A stretch of 62,809 bases of DNA from an uncultured bacterium. GTDB taxonomy: Bacteria; Poribacteria; WGA-4E; DTYX01; CAZRLY01. Position 1 is the first letter of the stretch. Each line of letters begins with the position of its first letter. The position numbers and the translations under genes were made by a program. This document shows, piece after piece, positions 17,696 through 26,460 of the stretch. The stretch covers positions 1 through 62,809 of the forward strand of contig CAZRLY010000001.1 of assembly GCA_964601015.1 (NCBI GenBank), read 5' to 3'. Below the pieces are notes generated by a model that saw only the letters and a list, made by a program, of their open reading frames with translations, made no database searches and was not told the origin of the DNA.

Positions 17696-18856
17696 CTACG
17701 ACATAACTGCTTCGTACATCGCCAGAATGTTTTCCAGCGGTACGTCGGGGTTAATCGTATTTGCCGTGAATATTACCAGCGACGCGTTGCCCTTGCAGAT
17801 GTCGATAGCATTTTTGACCTTTGAGAAAATTTCTTCGGCGGAACATACAGGCAGTTCTGTGGTGACAGCCAAGGGGCCGAATATCATTAACGGTTCGCCA
17901 TCGCGGGTGCGTCTTTGGACAATCTCCTCAAGCAACATCCCGCATTCGGGTTGAAAACCCTGAAACCCCTGAACGCCAACGTCAATGAGAAAGTCGAGCA
18001 TTGGCCGAACATCTCCGTCGCAATGCCAGACGGGACGGCAGCCTACCTCAAGGAGCGGCTCCAGTCCATATCGAAGCTGCGGTGCGTAGTGGCGTTCAAG
18101 GAAATCGGGGGAAATCATTGGACCGCGTTGTGTGCAGATGTCTTCGCCCAACAGAACCGCACGAGGGTATAACCCTTCCGATACGGCTTTGGCGACCAAC
18201 CTGGACTGGCATCTCCCCTGCGCGCCACCAACCTCCATGAGTTTACGCGCTCTGTCGGGATACAGCCCCACCACGTAAAAGAAATTTTCATAACCGTAAG
18301 AACCATACCAACTTACCCTTGCCCCTGCCCCCCATTGCGCAGGCATCCATACCATTTCGCCACAGCGCGCTTGTGTTTGTTTTAGCGATTGCCGAAAGTT
18401 TTCATAAGCAGCGTCAAAGTCAAACTGGGATTCGATGGTTTCGGGGGAGGGAAGTGCATCAATGCCTTCCAGTGCATCTTCAAGGGAAAGCCCCGGGGCA
18501 GCTTTGGCGTAGCTGTTGCTATCAACGCAACGAAAGTCGTCTCTGTTTCTGGGCACAAAGATGCTCACCAATCCGTCTGTACCCAATTTCTCATAAGCCG
18601 AAATCGACACTTCCGTCGGGTTAGACCAATACTCTTCGGCAGTAGCGCCAGTTATCGTCATGATGTGTTCTGGGCACGCAATCCAACCGCCAAGAATGGG
18701 CGTTTGGTCAGGCTCTTTCAACGCGAAAGCTGTCTCCAAACGCTCTCGCTTGGACATACTTTGATTTGTTTCGGAAACTTTAGATTTCATAAAAATTCGG
18801 CGATGGAAGTCGCCTATTCCTTTCTGAATTTTGTTATCAATTTCTCTGTCAATCAC
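17696..18856 (-). CDS. Uroporphyrinogen decarboxylase (URO-D)-family protein
   Basis: TIM-barrel URO-D-like pattern ('VWHCDGDVRPMLDFLIDVGVQGFQGFQPE'). Paralog-like gene at 57672-58814. Start uncertain; alternative ATGs at 18790 and 18757. Confidence 0.65.
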   Translation of the reverse strand: MIDREIDNKIQKGIGDFHRRIFMKSKVSETNQSMSKRERLETAFALKEPDQTPILGGWIACPEHIMTITGATAEEYWSNPTEVSISAYEKLGTDGLVSIFVPRNRDDFRCVDSNSYAKAAPGLSLEDALEGIDALPSPETIESQFDFDAAYENFRQSLKQTQARCGEMVWMPAQWGAGARVSWYGSYGYENFFYVVGLYPDRARKLMEVGGAQGRCQSRLVAKAVSEGLYPRAVLLGEDICTQRGPMISPDFLERHYAPQLRYGLEPLLEVGCRPVWHCDGDVRPMLDFLIDVGVQGFQGFQPECGMLLEEIVQRRTRDGEPLMIFGPLAVTTELPVCSAEEIFSKVKNAIDICKGNASLVIFTANTINPDVPLENILAMYEAVMS

Positions 18857-21314
18857 CGGTCAAATTCCAATCGTTATCGAAGAAACCAGCTTCAAGGACG
18901 CCCTCCATGCCCCTGGACAACGTTTCGAGTCCGAATACCACATAGTCAGGGCAGGAGACACCAGAGGTGAAGTACCGCGCTTGAAAATTCATGCGTGTGG
19001 CTTTAGGCGTAGTCATTCCGATGATGCCTATTGAGTTATCTTCTGTATCTGCGCGCGGGTAGATGAAGAAGACACCCAAATCGCCTTGATAAGTTCGAGT
19101 GCCTACCTTAACGTTGTCTCTATTCACCTGAATCGGACAGTTTTGCAAAAGTTTACCGAATGCAGAGTTAGTGTCTGCGTTGCCATAAAGGATGACGTTT
19201 CGGTTACCAAAATCGGTTGGCTCAAAGGATGAATCGGACACAATTTCGACATTACCGTTGCCGCGATACCACCACATCTGGGAATCATATCTCACTTTAG
19301 CGAGAAGAGCGGCATTCTCTTCTTCCGTACCGCTCGTCCCATAAACCCAAACCATCCGCTTATCGAAAGCTAACTTGAACAACCCGCCACGATGCGGGCC
19401 CTTTATCCAAGCAGAAGGCGGCGTAGCGATGTTCCAGTTACCATCTTCAGCGCGCGCAAGATAGATGAGCGACTCTTTAGACGTTGGCTCCAGGGTTGTC
19501 TCGCCAATTCGGATGGTGGCAATGCCGTTTGGCAACACATCACCCAATGCTAAACGGAGTGAGGCAACATTATCCGTTGAAATTGTTATTCCCCTCGCCC
19601 GCGGGTCAATTTTGGCATCAACAGAGCTAAGTCTTGACGGTTTAATCTGCGTTTGAATCGTGAGCCAAGCGCGCGAAGCTGAGATGGCAGGATTGGGCGT
19701 ACTGAATCGAATGTCCAACGGTTGCAGAGGATTCCGATGGCGTCGCAAGAACTCGAAAAGCGGCATCCAATCAACGCATGCTGAACCCCACCAATGTCCT
19801 GCGCCGGGTTGTTCGTGATATACAAAGTCTTTGTGGAACCCTTCGAGTTTGGCTACCATCTGGCGTGATTCTCTGACTGGCACGTTGTCATCCTTCTCCC
19901 CGTGAAGCACATAAATGGGTAAATTCGTGTAGTTGTCAATCAGGCTTGGAGTGTCGCTTTCCAATTGTGCTAACTCAAAGGGGGATTGGTGCGCCTCCGT
20001 TTCGTCCTCCTTTCGGCGGGAGCGGCTATACGAGAAAAAGGACGCCCAACCAGCCGATGGCGCAATAGCCGCAAATCGGTCAGGGTAGAGCGCGCCAAGA
20101 TACCAGACACCGTGTCCACCCATCGAATGCCCCGTCAAGTAAATTCGCGTCGGGTCAATTTTGTGATTGGCGGCAAACAGATCCAACGTTTCAAGCGTAT
20201 CCAGCCGCCCCCACTCCTGCCAGTCAAATCCATAAGGACGCCGGTTTGTCGGCGCGACCAAATACCCGTCACGCTTGGAAGAATAGGCCCCAATCTGCCC
20301 GGTGGCTTCTACAGCCGCCCCGTGCAACGTGAGATAGAGGGCGTATTCTTTCGTTGGTTCTAACTTCGTAGGCGGACGAACGGCATAATATTGTACGGAA
20401 CCGTCCACAGCGGAGAGTTTCGTCATTTTGTAGGCACTGCCCGATTTGCGCAGGGAAATGGAAACATCAACTGTATCGTAAGTTTGTTCGCCCGTAGGTG
20501 CAACCCTATGTGGTTGCCCTTTCAGGGTGATTGAGAGTTTGCATTTACCGTCCTGGATGTCATCCTCTTCAGGCTGGCGTATCTGTTTCAGAGGGAAAGC
20601 GGGCTTGGCTAAACCGTAGGGCAACACGGGGGCGACGAGCATTTGAACCCTCTCAAAGACTCCAGAAGGTGATGCCACCTCAAGCATCGCATTGGTGAGG
20701 GGTTTATCCGTGTGATTCAGAATCACCACCGCGCCGAAGGTATCAAGCAAAACCCCTTCGCGCATGTCTGGCAGGAGTGAATCACGCGGGCTAATAGAAC
20801 ATGAGCCATTAGCCAGGGTCAAATTCAATTTGAAGCCTCCGCGACGCACACGGACAAGGAGATGGTTTTCCCCTTGCTTCAACGGTATCGCCACCCTGAG
20901 ATAGCCCTTTGAGTAGTAGTCACCTACAAATCGTTCTCCATTGACAAATATAGAATGGAAGCCGTTGCCTTCCAAAAGGACAGTCTGCTGCTTATCCACT
21001 TCGTAAACGCTGTAAGCCCAACCATTCCTGAGTAATTGATGTCGCACGGCACCACTCTCATCGGCGGTAACCTCTTCCGCCCATTCAGGCACAAAATTTG
21101 GATTGTCTACGAGTTTTTCCAGAACGGAATCTGCCGCGAATAGTATCCTACCTCTTCTGCCTTCATGACGAGCGACAGTCCATGTAACCGGGTATTTGGT
21201 ATGCTCTTGCATATTTGAAAAACCAACCTTTCCAATAACAAATATCAGGGCACTGTAAGTCAATAGATGAAGTAGTGCCATTAACTTGAGTGAAGTTTTC
21301 CGGTGTAATATCAT
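18849..21314 (-). CDS. Large secreted or membrane-anchored alpha/beta hydrolase (esterase/S9-peptidase-like)
   Basis: Nucleophile elbow 'GHSMGGHG'. N-terminal hydrophobic anchor. Start trimmed to MILHRKT, because the upstream 15 codons of the track ORF are translated hairpin repeat. Confidence 0.7.
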   Translation of the reverse strand: MILHRKTSLKLMALLHLLTYSALIFVIGKVGFSNMQEHTKYPVTWTVARHEGRRGRILFAADSVLEKLVDNPNFVPEWAEEVTADESGAVRHQLLRNGWAYSVYEVDKQQTVLLEGNGFHSIFVNGERFVGDYYSKGYLRVAIPLKQGENHLLVRVRRGGFKLNLTLANGSCSISPRDSLLPDMREGVLLDTFGAVVILNHTDKPLTNAMLEVASPSGVFERVQMLVAPVLPYGLAKPAFPLKQIRQPEEDDIQDGKCKLSITLKGQPHRVAPTGEQTYDTVDVSISLRKSGSAYKMTKLSAVDGSVQYYAVRPPTKLEPTKEYALYLTLHGAAVEATGQIGAYSSKRDGYLVAPTNRRPYGFDWQEWGRLDTLETLDLFAANHKIDPTRIYLTGHSMGGHGVWYLGALYPDRFAAIAPSAGWASFFSYSRSRRKEDETEAHQSPFELAQLESDTPSLIDNYTNLPIYVLHGEKDDNVPVRESRQMVAKLEGFHKDFVYHEQPGAGHWWGSACVDWMPLFEFLRRHRNPLQPLDIRFSTPNPAISASRAWLTIQTQIKPSRLSSVDAKIDPRARGITISTDNVASLRLALGDVLPNGIATIRIGETTLEPTSKESLIYLARAEDGNWNIATPPSAWIKGPHRGGLFKLAFDKRMVWVYGTSGTEEENAALLAKVRYDSQMWWYRGNGNVEIVSDSSFEPTDFGNRNVILYGNADTNSAFGKLLQNCPIQVNRDNVKVGTRTYQGDLGVFFIYPRADTEDNSIGIIGMTTPKATRMNFQARYFTSGVSCPDYVVFGLETLSRGMEGVLEAGFFDNDWNLTGD

Positions 21315-21339
21315 CTTAGCATTTCCTTTCCTTAGAATT

Positions 21340-21521
21340 GTTGGGTTGGTCAGAGACAAGGAAATTACCGTATCAAGTTTTTTCTGACCAACCCAACCTA
21401 CTGTTTTTCAGCGTCCTTTGTCTTCTCCAGTCGGGTTGGTCAGAGACAAGGGAATTACCATATCAAGTTTTTTCTGACCAACCCAACTGTTTTTCAACCA
21501 AGCGTCCTTTGTCTTCTCCAG
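21340..21521. repeat. Tandem duplication of a 91-nt unit, each unit containing a long hairpin
   Basis: Units 21340-21430 and 21431-21521 align end to end with a few substitutions and two small indels. Hairpin stems are GTTGGGTTGGTCAGA/TCTGACCAACCCAAC (21340-21354 / 21383-21397) and GGGTTGGTCAGA/TCTGACCAACCC (21433-21444 / 21473-21484), each with a 28-nt loop. Confidence 0.9.
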
Positions 21522-22868
21522 CCACTGAGTCAACTCATCAGCAAGTTGCTTGATAACGTCTGGATTTTCGTTAGCAACGTTCTGCATCTGATACTGGTCA
21601 ACTTGATTATCATGGAGGATGTACGTTTCCACCTTGCCCCTCTGCCGCTGGATGACGAAGGTATATCGGTGGGTACGCAAGCCGCGTTTACCTCCTTCCG
21701 GCCAATCGGGTGTCATGATGAAATACGGTGCTGAACTTGGCCTATGGATGTTCCCGCCGAGGATGGCACCCGAATAGTCGCTGCCTTCGACATCTTTCGG
21801 GATGTGAGCGTTCAGCCCCATAAGGCTCAACAAGCTGGGCATCACATCAGGCACACTCAACAGTAAATCATCCCATCGCGGCTTGAGTTTACCCGGCCAG
21901 CGGATGAGGAAGGGAATCAGCAAGGATTCGTCATACCACACGCCCTTGTGCATTAGCCCGTGGCTCCCCATCATTTCGCCGTGGTCAGCCGTGAATACCA
22001 CAATGGTGTCATCCTCAAGTCCCTCTTCCGTCAAGCTGTCGAGTATCCGCCCAAACTGTTCGTCAATGCCCGTGACAGCAGCGAAGTAATTCTTAACGTG
22101 TTGTCCTGCGGGCGCACCTTTTCCTTCTAAGCTAACATTTGGTCTATTTAGAAGTACCTCATTGGACTTACCGATGTATGCTTCAAGGTACTTGGCGGGA
22201 ACCTGCTGGAACGGCGTATGCGGTGGATTGAATGCGATAAAAAGGGAAAAGGGTTTGTCTGGGGCGCGGTGTTTTCCATCACGGTTGCGTATGTACTCAA
22301 CTGCAACATCCGTTTCGTGTTTTACTGACCAATCATTGACATCCGTTCGCTCATCAACCTTTGCCTTACCTTCCCAATAATGAGGTTGAAGGTGTTGGTC
22401 GCAACACCCATACGAATGCCAGAAATCAAAACCGTGGCGCCGCGGACCGGGAGGCGTATAGGCATCCCATGCCTTGCCATCGCCTCGTCTGCCTTCGGTA
22501 TACTCATAATCGGCTTCTGACGGTGGGTCAAGATGATATTTTCCGATGTAGCCCTGACTATATCCCACATCATGCAATACGTCCGAAAAACAGCGCTCTG
22601 ACTCTCTGAGGAATATACCATACTTGGCGGTATCGGAATTGCAGTTTGTGATAACTCCGTTTGAGGGGGGATATTTGCCAGTAAAGAGCATCGCCCGATA
22701 GGGACTGCACACAGGATAGTTGCTGACGGCGTGCGTGAAGACGATGCTCTCAGAGGCGAAGCGGTCGAGATGTGGGGTAACGACTGCGTCCTGATTGACA
22801 TATCCTATGGCCTGCTGGCGAAATTGGTCGGGAAATACGAACACAAGGTTCGGTCTTTTTGTCATCAT
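21408..22868 (-). CDS. Arylsulfatase-family sulfatase (formylglycine-dependent)
   Basis: The 'VCSPYRAMLFTGKY' CxPxR formylglycine motif, plus N-terminal 'LVFVFPDQ' and 'FTADHGEMMGSHG' metal-site motifs. No signal peptide is evident. The last ~32 codons are encoded by the tandem repeat. Confidence 0.9.
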   Translation of the reverse strand: MMTKRPNLVFVFPDQFRQQAIGYVNQDAVVTPHLDRFASESIVFTHAVSNYPVCSPYRAMLFTGKYPPSNGVITNCNSDTAKYGIFLRESERCFSDVLHDVGYSQGYIGKYHLDPPSEADYEYTEGRRGDGKAWDAYTPPGPRRHGFDFWHSYGCCDQHLQPHYWEGKAKVDERTDVNDWSVKHETDVAVEYIRNRDGKHRAPDKPFSLFIAFNPPHTPFQQVPAKYLEAYIGKSNEVLLNRPNVSLEGKGAPAGQHVKNYFAAVTGIDEQFGRILDSLTEEGLEDDTIVVFTADHGEMMGSHGLMHKGVWYDESLLIPFLIRWPGKLKPRWDDLLLSVPDVMPSLLSLMGLNAHIPKDVEGSDYSGAILGGNIHRPSSAPYFIMTPDWPEGGKRGLRTHRYTFVIQRQRGKVETYILHDNQVDQYQMQNVANENPDVIKQLADELTQWLEKTKDAWLKNSWVGQKKLDMVIPLSLTNPTGEDKGR

Positions 22869-23166
22869 TTGTTCCTCCTATGCCAAAACACCATTACTGT
22901 CAACTTAACGCTGGGTAGCATCAGCATCGCTTCGTGGAGTGCAACAATCAGCGAAGCGTATTGTTGCGCAATGGGCTTTGCAAAAATACACTTTGTTGAT
23001 TTTTGCAGTCCGGTACCCCTTAAGTTTACGGAGATGGCCAAAACACATACACCGAGTTCAAAAAGCGTTTAGAGGCGGGACGGAGAGCCGCCGCTACCCC
23101 GTCCGTCCATATGCCATCGAACCCTATTTTTACGACGTTACATGACATGACTTTTCACACAGCCTC

Positions 23167-24174
23167 TTAGCGTGTTCTTGTTTCAATAAATGCCTTGAGT
23201 ACATCAAGTTTGATTTTTTGCCCTTTTTGAGGGTAATCATAGGGGAATAACCACCATTCTTCAGTAAAGGAAGCGTTTTCACCCGGTTGAAGTGTCTCTA
23301 AGGGTCCGATTGGTTCCAATTCACACATCTTTTCTTTGAAATACCAAATTGAAATGGTGAGAGCCGCCATTTCGCCATAGATGCGTTTCGGATATACGGG
23401 GAACCTTTTCACAAAAAGCAGATCATCTCGCGTAATATACCCCAACCAGCCTGCATACGAATCAATGCCGAACTTAGGCTGTGGCGGCGTTCCTGATATT
23501 TCAAGAAAACCATCCCTTATTTTTATATTCGGATGGGCTTCAGGCCGATAGTTCATAACCGGTCCTGGGCCGTAGAGAATATATCCCAATGGGAAACGGC
23601 TTCCCTGAGTTAGCGGTACTAAACAGATGCCACCGCCTGTGGCAAAGGTGCGACTCCAATGGGAATACTGTTTTGTGGAACCGCTGATATTTTTGATAGT
23701 CTGTGTGCATTTTAGAAGTGACGATACTTTATCAAGTTTGAACTCACGAATGAGTTGGACACCAGTAATTTGGTCTTTAACACTGGTTAGACGTGCTGTG
23801 CGCGGTGCGATAATCTCGGCTGTCCACTTGCCAAGCCAGAGGTACGGACGACGAGGAATTATCTGCTCTGGGCCGATGTCAAAACGTCCTGCACAGGGGT
23901 CAATTTTCCTCTTCCCCGGTATATTAGTCCAGCCATCCTGCTTTGGGTCAATGTACAGTGCATTCTGCCCGTTCAGAGAGTACTCCAGCACTCTACCTCC
24001 GCAGTTTGGTTCCAGTATAACCTTGATGGTGTTATTAGAAAGTTGAACACAGTTGGAATACCCATGACTGCTTACCCAGGCGGTTCCCTCTGAAGTAGCT
24101 TGAGGGAAAGCCTGGATGCAGAGTAGCATAGTCAGTACGAAAATAATCAACTCGAAAGTGATGTTTCTTATCAT
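23167..24174 (-). CDS. Secreted hypothetical protein (mutarotase-like/DUF4380-like, tentative)
   Basis: Signal peptide MIRNITFELIIFVLTMLLCIQAF after a GGGAGGA RBS. 'ILEPNCGGRVLEYSLNGQNALY' resembles DUF4380-type proteins, from memory only. Confidence 0.4.
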   Translation of the reverse strand: MIRNITFELIIFVLTMLLCIQAFPQATSEGTAWVSSHGYSNCVQLSNNTIKVILEPNCGGRVLEYSLNGQNALYIDPKQDGWTNIPGKRKIDPCAGRFDIGPEQIIPRRPYLWLGKWTAEIIAPRTARLTSVKDQITGVQLIREFKLDKVSSLLKCTQTIKNISGSTKQYSHWSRTFATGGGICLVPLTQGSRFPLGYILYGPGPVMNYRPEAHPNIKIRDGFLEISGTPPQPKFGIDSYAGWLGYITRDDLLFVKRFPVYPKRIYGEMAALTISIWYFKEKMCELEPIGPLETLQPGENASFTEEWWLFPYDYPQKGQKIKLDVLKAFIETRTR

Positions 24175-24200
24175 TGTCTCATATCCTCCCTTTTCCCTAC

Positions 24201-24278
24201 TGGTGATTGGTGATTGGTAGAGTGGTGGGTGGTTGTGTTTGCGAAGTACCACTAACCACTAACCAGTTTACCAGTTAC
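24201..24278. repeat. Heptamer short tandem repeats (GGTGATT x2 ... CCACTAA x2, CCAGTT(T)A x2)
   Basis: Direct reading gives TGGTGATTGGTGATTGGTAGAGTGGTGGGTGG ... ACCACTAACCACTAACCAGTTTACCAGTTAC. The two halves are partly complementary. Confidence 0.7.
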
Positions 24279-24339
24279 GGTTTCAAGACAAACACACTGT
24301 TGTAAACCTTAACTTTAATAAGCAGTAGTCCTCAAACAC

Positions 24340-24398
24340 GCTCAATAGGGATTGGCAAATCCCGATTATTCCGTTGGATTTGCCAATCCAACGGGAGC
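24340..24398. repeat. Paired-hairpin (REP/BIME-like) element, copy 1
   Basis: GCTC..GGGATTGGCAAATCCC (24348-24363) .. CCGTTGGATTTGCCAATCCAACGG (24371-24394) GAGC. Confidence 0.75.
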
Positions 24399-24441
24399 AT
24401 TTGCGGAGTATTGATAATCAAAATTGCGTAGCATTGTTAAG

Positions 24442-24759
24442 TTATTCAGATTTCGATATCTTAATGGTGATGTCAGCCGGCAGTGCCAGTCCTGCTTCTA
24501 CTTCGACCGCTTTGAGAATCCCGACTGGAACAGGACAAGCAGGATGGAGGCAATACTTAGCTGCTAATTGCAACGTGAGGGGGCCTTCATCCCTAAATGT
24601 AATTTCTCTGAAGGGCACAACCTTGCGCAATTCTGCTGCCAGACGCTGGATTGACTCACATTCGCTTTCAATCGAAAGGGCACAATCAGAGCCATCCATA
24701 CGAACCTCTACATCGGTTGTGAAACCACATATTCCCGCAAATATCTTCGCCTTTGACAA
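24442..24759 (-). CDS. Small cysteine-rich conserved hypothetical protein
   Basis: 105 aa. TTG start 8 nt after AAGGAG. Cys residues in 'GICGFTT', 'SDCALSIESECES' and 'YCLHPACPVPVG'. No function assignable. Confidence 0.5.
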   Translation of the reverse strand: MSKAKIFAGICGFTTDVEVRMDGSDCALSIESECESIQRLAAELRKVVPFREITFRDEGPLTLQLAAKYCLHPACPVPVGILKAVEVEAGLALPADITIKISKSE

Positions 24760-24827
24760 TTTTTATCTCCTTGTCACTAATTCAGCATATCAACTTTTTG
24801 GTGTTCAAAATGATATTCTTTCTCAAC

Positions 24828-24855
24828 CAAATGTTAGCATACAAATGTTAGCATA
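24828..24855. promoter_or_regulatory. Perfect 14-nt tandem direct repeat upstream of the small Cys-rich gene
   Basis: CAAATGTTAGCATA occurs at 24828-24841 and again at 24842-24855, about 70-95 nt upstream of the minus-strand start at 24759. Confidence 0.3.
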
Positions 24856-24931
24856 TTTCATTGGCTGTGCCAACAAAAAAATCACGAATGAATGGATTTT
24901 TTACAGAGCGTAACATCTTTAGAGCCGGGCC

Positions 24932-25804
24932 TTAAGTTAGTGTGGGAGAATTTTTGAAAGTAGAACGATTAAGAAATCTTCCAAAGTTAATTGAGTGCTC
25001 TACAGCATCGGAGGGAATTTGCCACCAGTCGTCCCACACCAAAACCTCTTCGGGCATTGCCCACTGGGGATGGAAAAACTCATAGTCGTCTAAAGGAATG
25101 GGAAGGCTAACGAGCCCAGTATGCTCGTGCATAGAATACGGCAGGCGCAAAAAATGGTCAGGCAGCGTGAAAAAGGACATATCCAAACAGCGTGGTGATG
25201 GAAGTAGCCGGCGGACAAAGTCGAGTATTGAAGAGCGCAGGCGGTTGGCAAGCGTGGCGTCCGCCGGAAAAGCTTCCGCTGGAATAATCAAATGAGGGCT
25301 GGTATTGCCGCTGAATTTAACGAAAAACGTCACCTCAAACTCACGTAGCCGTCGAACAATCGGTAAGGCTGCTTCAAACGCCATCTGCCATGGATCCGAC
25401 TTAAAATCAATATCAAGCACGAAATCCTTGAGGATAGGTTGGGTGCCGTTGTATCGCGTGATGGTGCCGTGTAGAGCGGGCCAGAAGAGCGGCAGGTCAA
25501 CAGCAGCGAAAGCGAGCGGTAGGATGTCGTCGGGGGTTGTGGGGGCGGGCATAGCGCAACGAAAAGCCCGTTGCAAAGTCAACTTACGGGATTCTGCGAA
25601 TCGGTAAATCGCCTGTTGAACATCCGGGCAGGCATAATAATCGTAGAGCAGGTTGAACACGATTCGGTCTGCTGGCGGTAGCTTGTCTTGCAGGTAGAGT
25701 GTCAGTAGTCGCTCGCCCTCGCGCAACGCACGCACATAGCCGGCCTTCCCGCTCCACAATTTTGATTGATGTTTGCCCGGAGGCTTTCTTTTCTTTCGCT
25801 TCAT
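24932..25804 (-). CDS. PriS-like archaeo-eukaryotic primase (AEP) protein, short paralog
   Basis: Motif I 'DFVLDIDFK' (DxD), motif II 'VKFSGNTSPHLIIP', motif III 'HFLRLPYSMHEHTGLVSLPI'. Colinear with the N-domain of 11285-12979. Start at MKRKKRK, overlapping the upstream stop as ATGA. Confidence 0.6.
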   Translation of the reverse strand: MKRKKRKPPGKHQSKLWSGKAGYVRALREGERLLTLYLQDKLPPADRIVFNLLYDYYACPDVQQAIYRFAESRKLTLQRAFRCAMPAPTTPDDILPLAFAAVDLPLFWPALHGTITRYNGTQPILKDFVLDIDFKSDPWQMAFEAALPIVRRLREFEVTFFVKFSGNTSPHLIIPAEAFPADATLANRLRSSILDFVRRLLPSPRCLDMSFFTLPDHFLRLPYSMHEHTGLVSLPIPLDDYEFFHPQWAMPEEVLVWDDWWQIPSDAVEHSINFGRFLNRSTFKNSPTLT

Positions 25805-26460
25805 AACATCTCCTTCGCAAAGTCCCACTCATCCAACAGGGCATCAAGTTTGTCCTGCGATGGTGCGAAGAGGTCAGAAGTATGCGCGTATATTTGCCAG
25901 GTTTCAAGGGCGGGGTGTTTCGCGAAGGCCTTTGTTTCGGGCGGAATAAACACGCACTGCGTGAATACTTTGGGAAATGTTTTGAAAACCACATGCATCT
26001 GCTTCCGATGTTGAGCAGCAATGCATCTTTGAACGTACAATCGCTCTAACACGCAAGCAATCAGCGCAGGGAAATCAGATTCCTGACGTGCTCGTCCTTG
26101 TGCGCGTTCCAAGCAGACATACGGCTCAAACGATGTATATACGGGACATACAAATCCTCCTGCCAAAATTTGAACAGCCCTGGATAGTGTCGTACCATGC
26201 CACACACAAACATAGTTTTCTGGCGAGGAAAACAGAGAGTCAGCGGAAAACCAAATCCTAAGCAGCAACCCACGCGCACCGTAGTTTATGAGAAAGTCAA
26301 AAAAAGTTTGTTCAGGATGTTTCTGTGCCTCTCTCTTGTATTGGAGTAGCGCCCACGCTAAGTCGCTCTTCTCAAAGGTTGGAAAAATTATCGGCGTTTT
26401 CTCAATTGTCTTTGGTTGATGTTTTGATTTATTCTTCTTCTTGTGTTTCATATGTTGCAT
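25801..26460 (-). CDS. Hypothetical protein with PARP/Tpt1-like (ART-fold) signature, copy 2
   Basis: 'VCVWHGTTLSRAVQILAGGF' followed by 'PVYTSFEPYVCLERA'. Shares 'SDLAW' and a Lys-rich N-terminus (KHKKKNKSKHQPK) with 6341-7102. Start uncertain (ATG at 26460 or 26451, GTG at 26478). Confidence 0.5.
   Translation of the reverse strand: MQHMKHKKKNKSKHQPKTIEKTPIIFPTFEKSDLAWALLQYKREAQKHPEQTFFDFLINYGARGLLLRIWFSADSLFSSPENYVCVWHGTTLSRAVQILAGGFVCPVYTSFEPYVCLERAQGRARQESDFPALIACVLERLYVQRCIAAQHRKQMHVVFKTFPKVFTQCVFIPPETKAFAKHPALETWQIYAHTSDLFAPSQDKLDALLDEWDFAKEML

Noticed and set aside
21338-21553. Track ORF 21338..21553 (+), and the first 15 codons of ORF 18849..21359 (-).
   Set aside because: Both are translations of the 91-nt tandem hairpin repeat, which explains the repeated peptide 'GWSETR.LPYQVFSDQPN'. 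They are not credible coding sequence.
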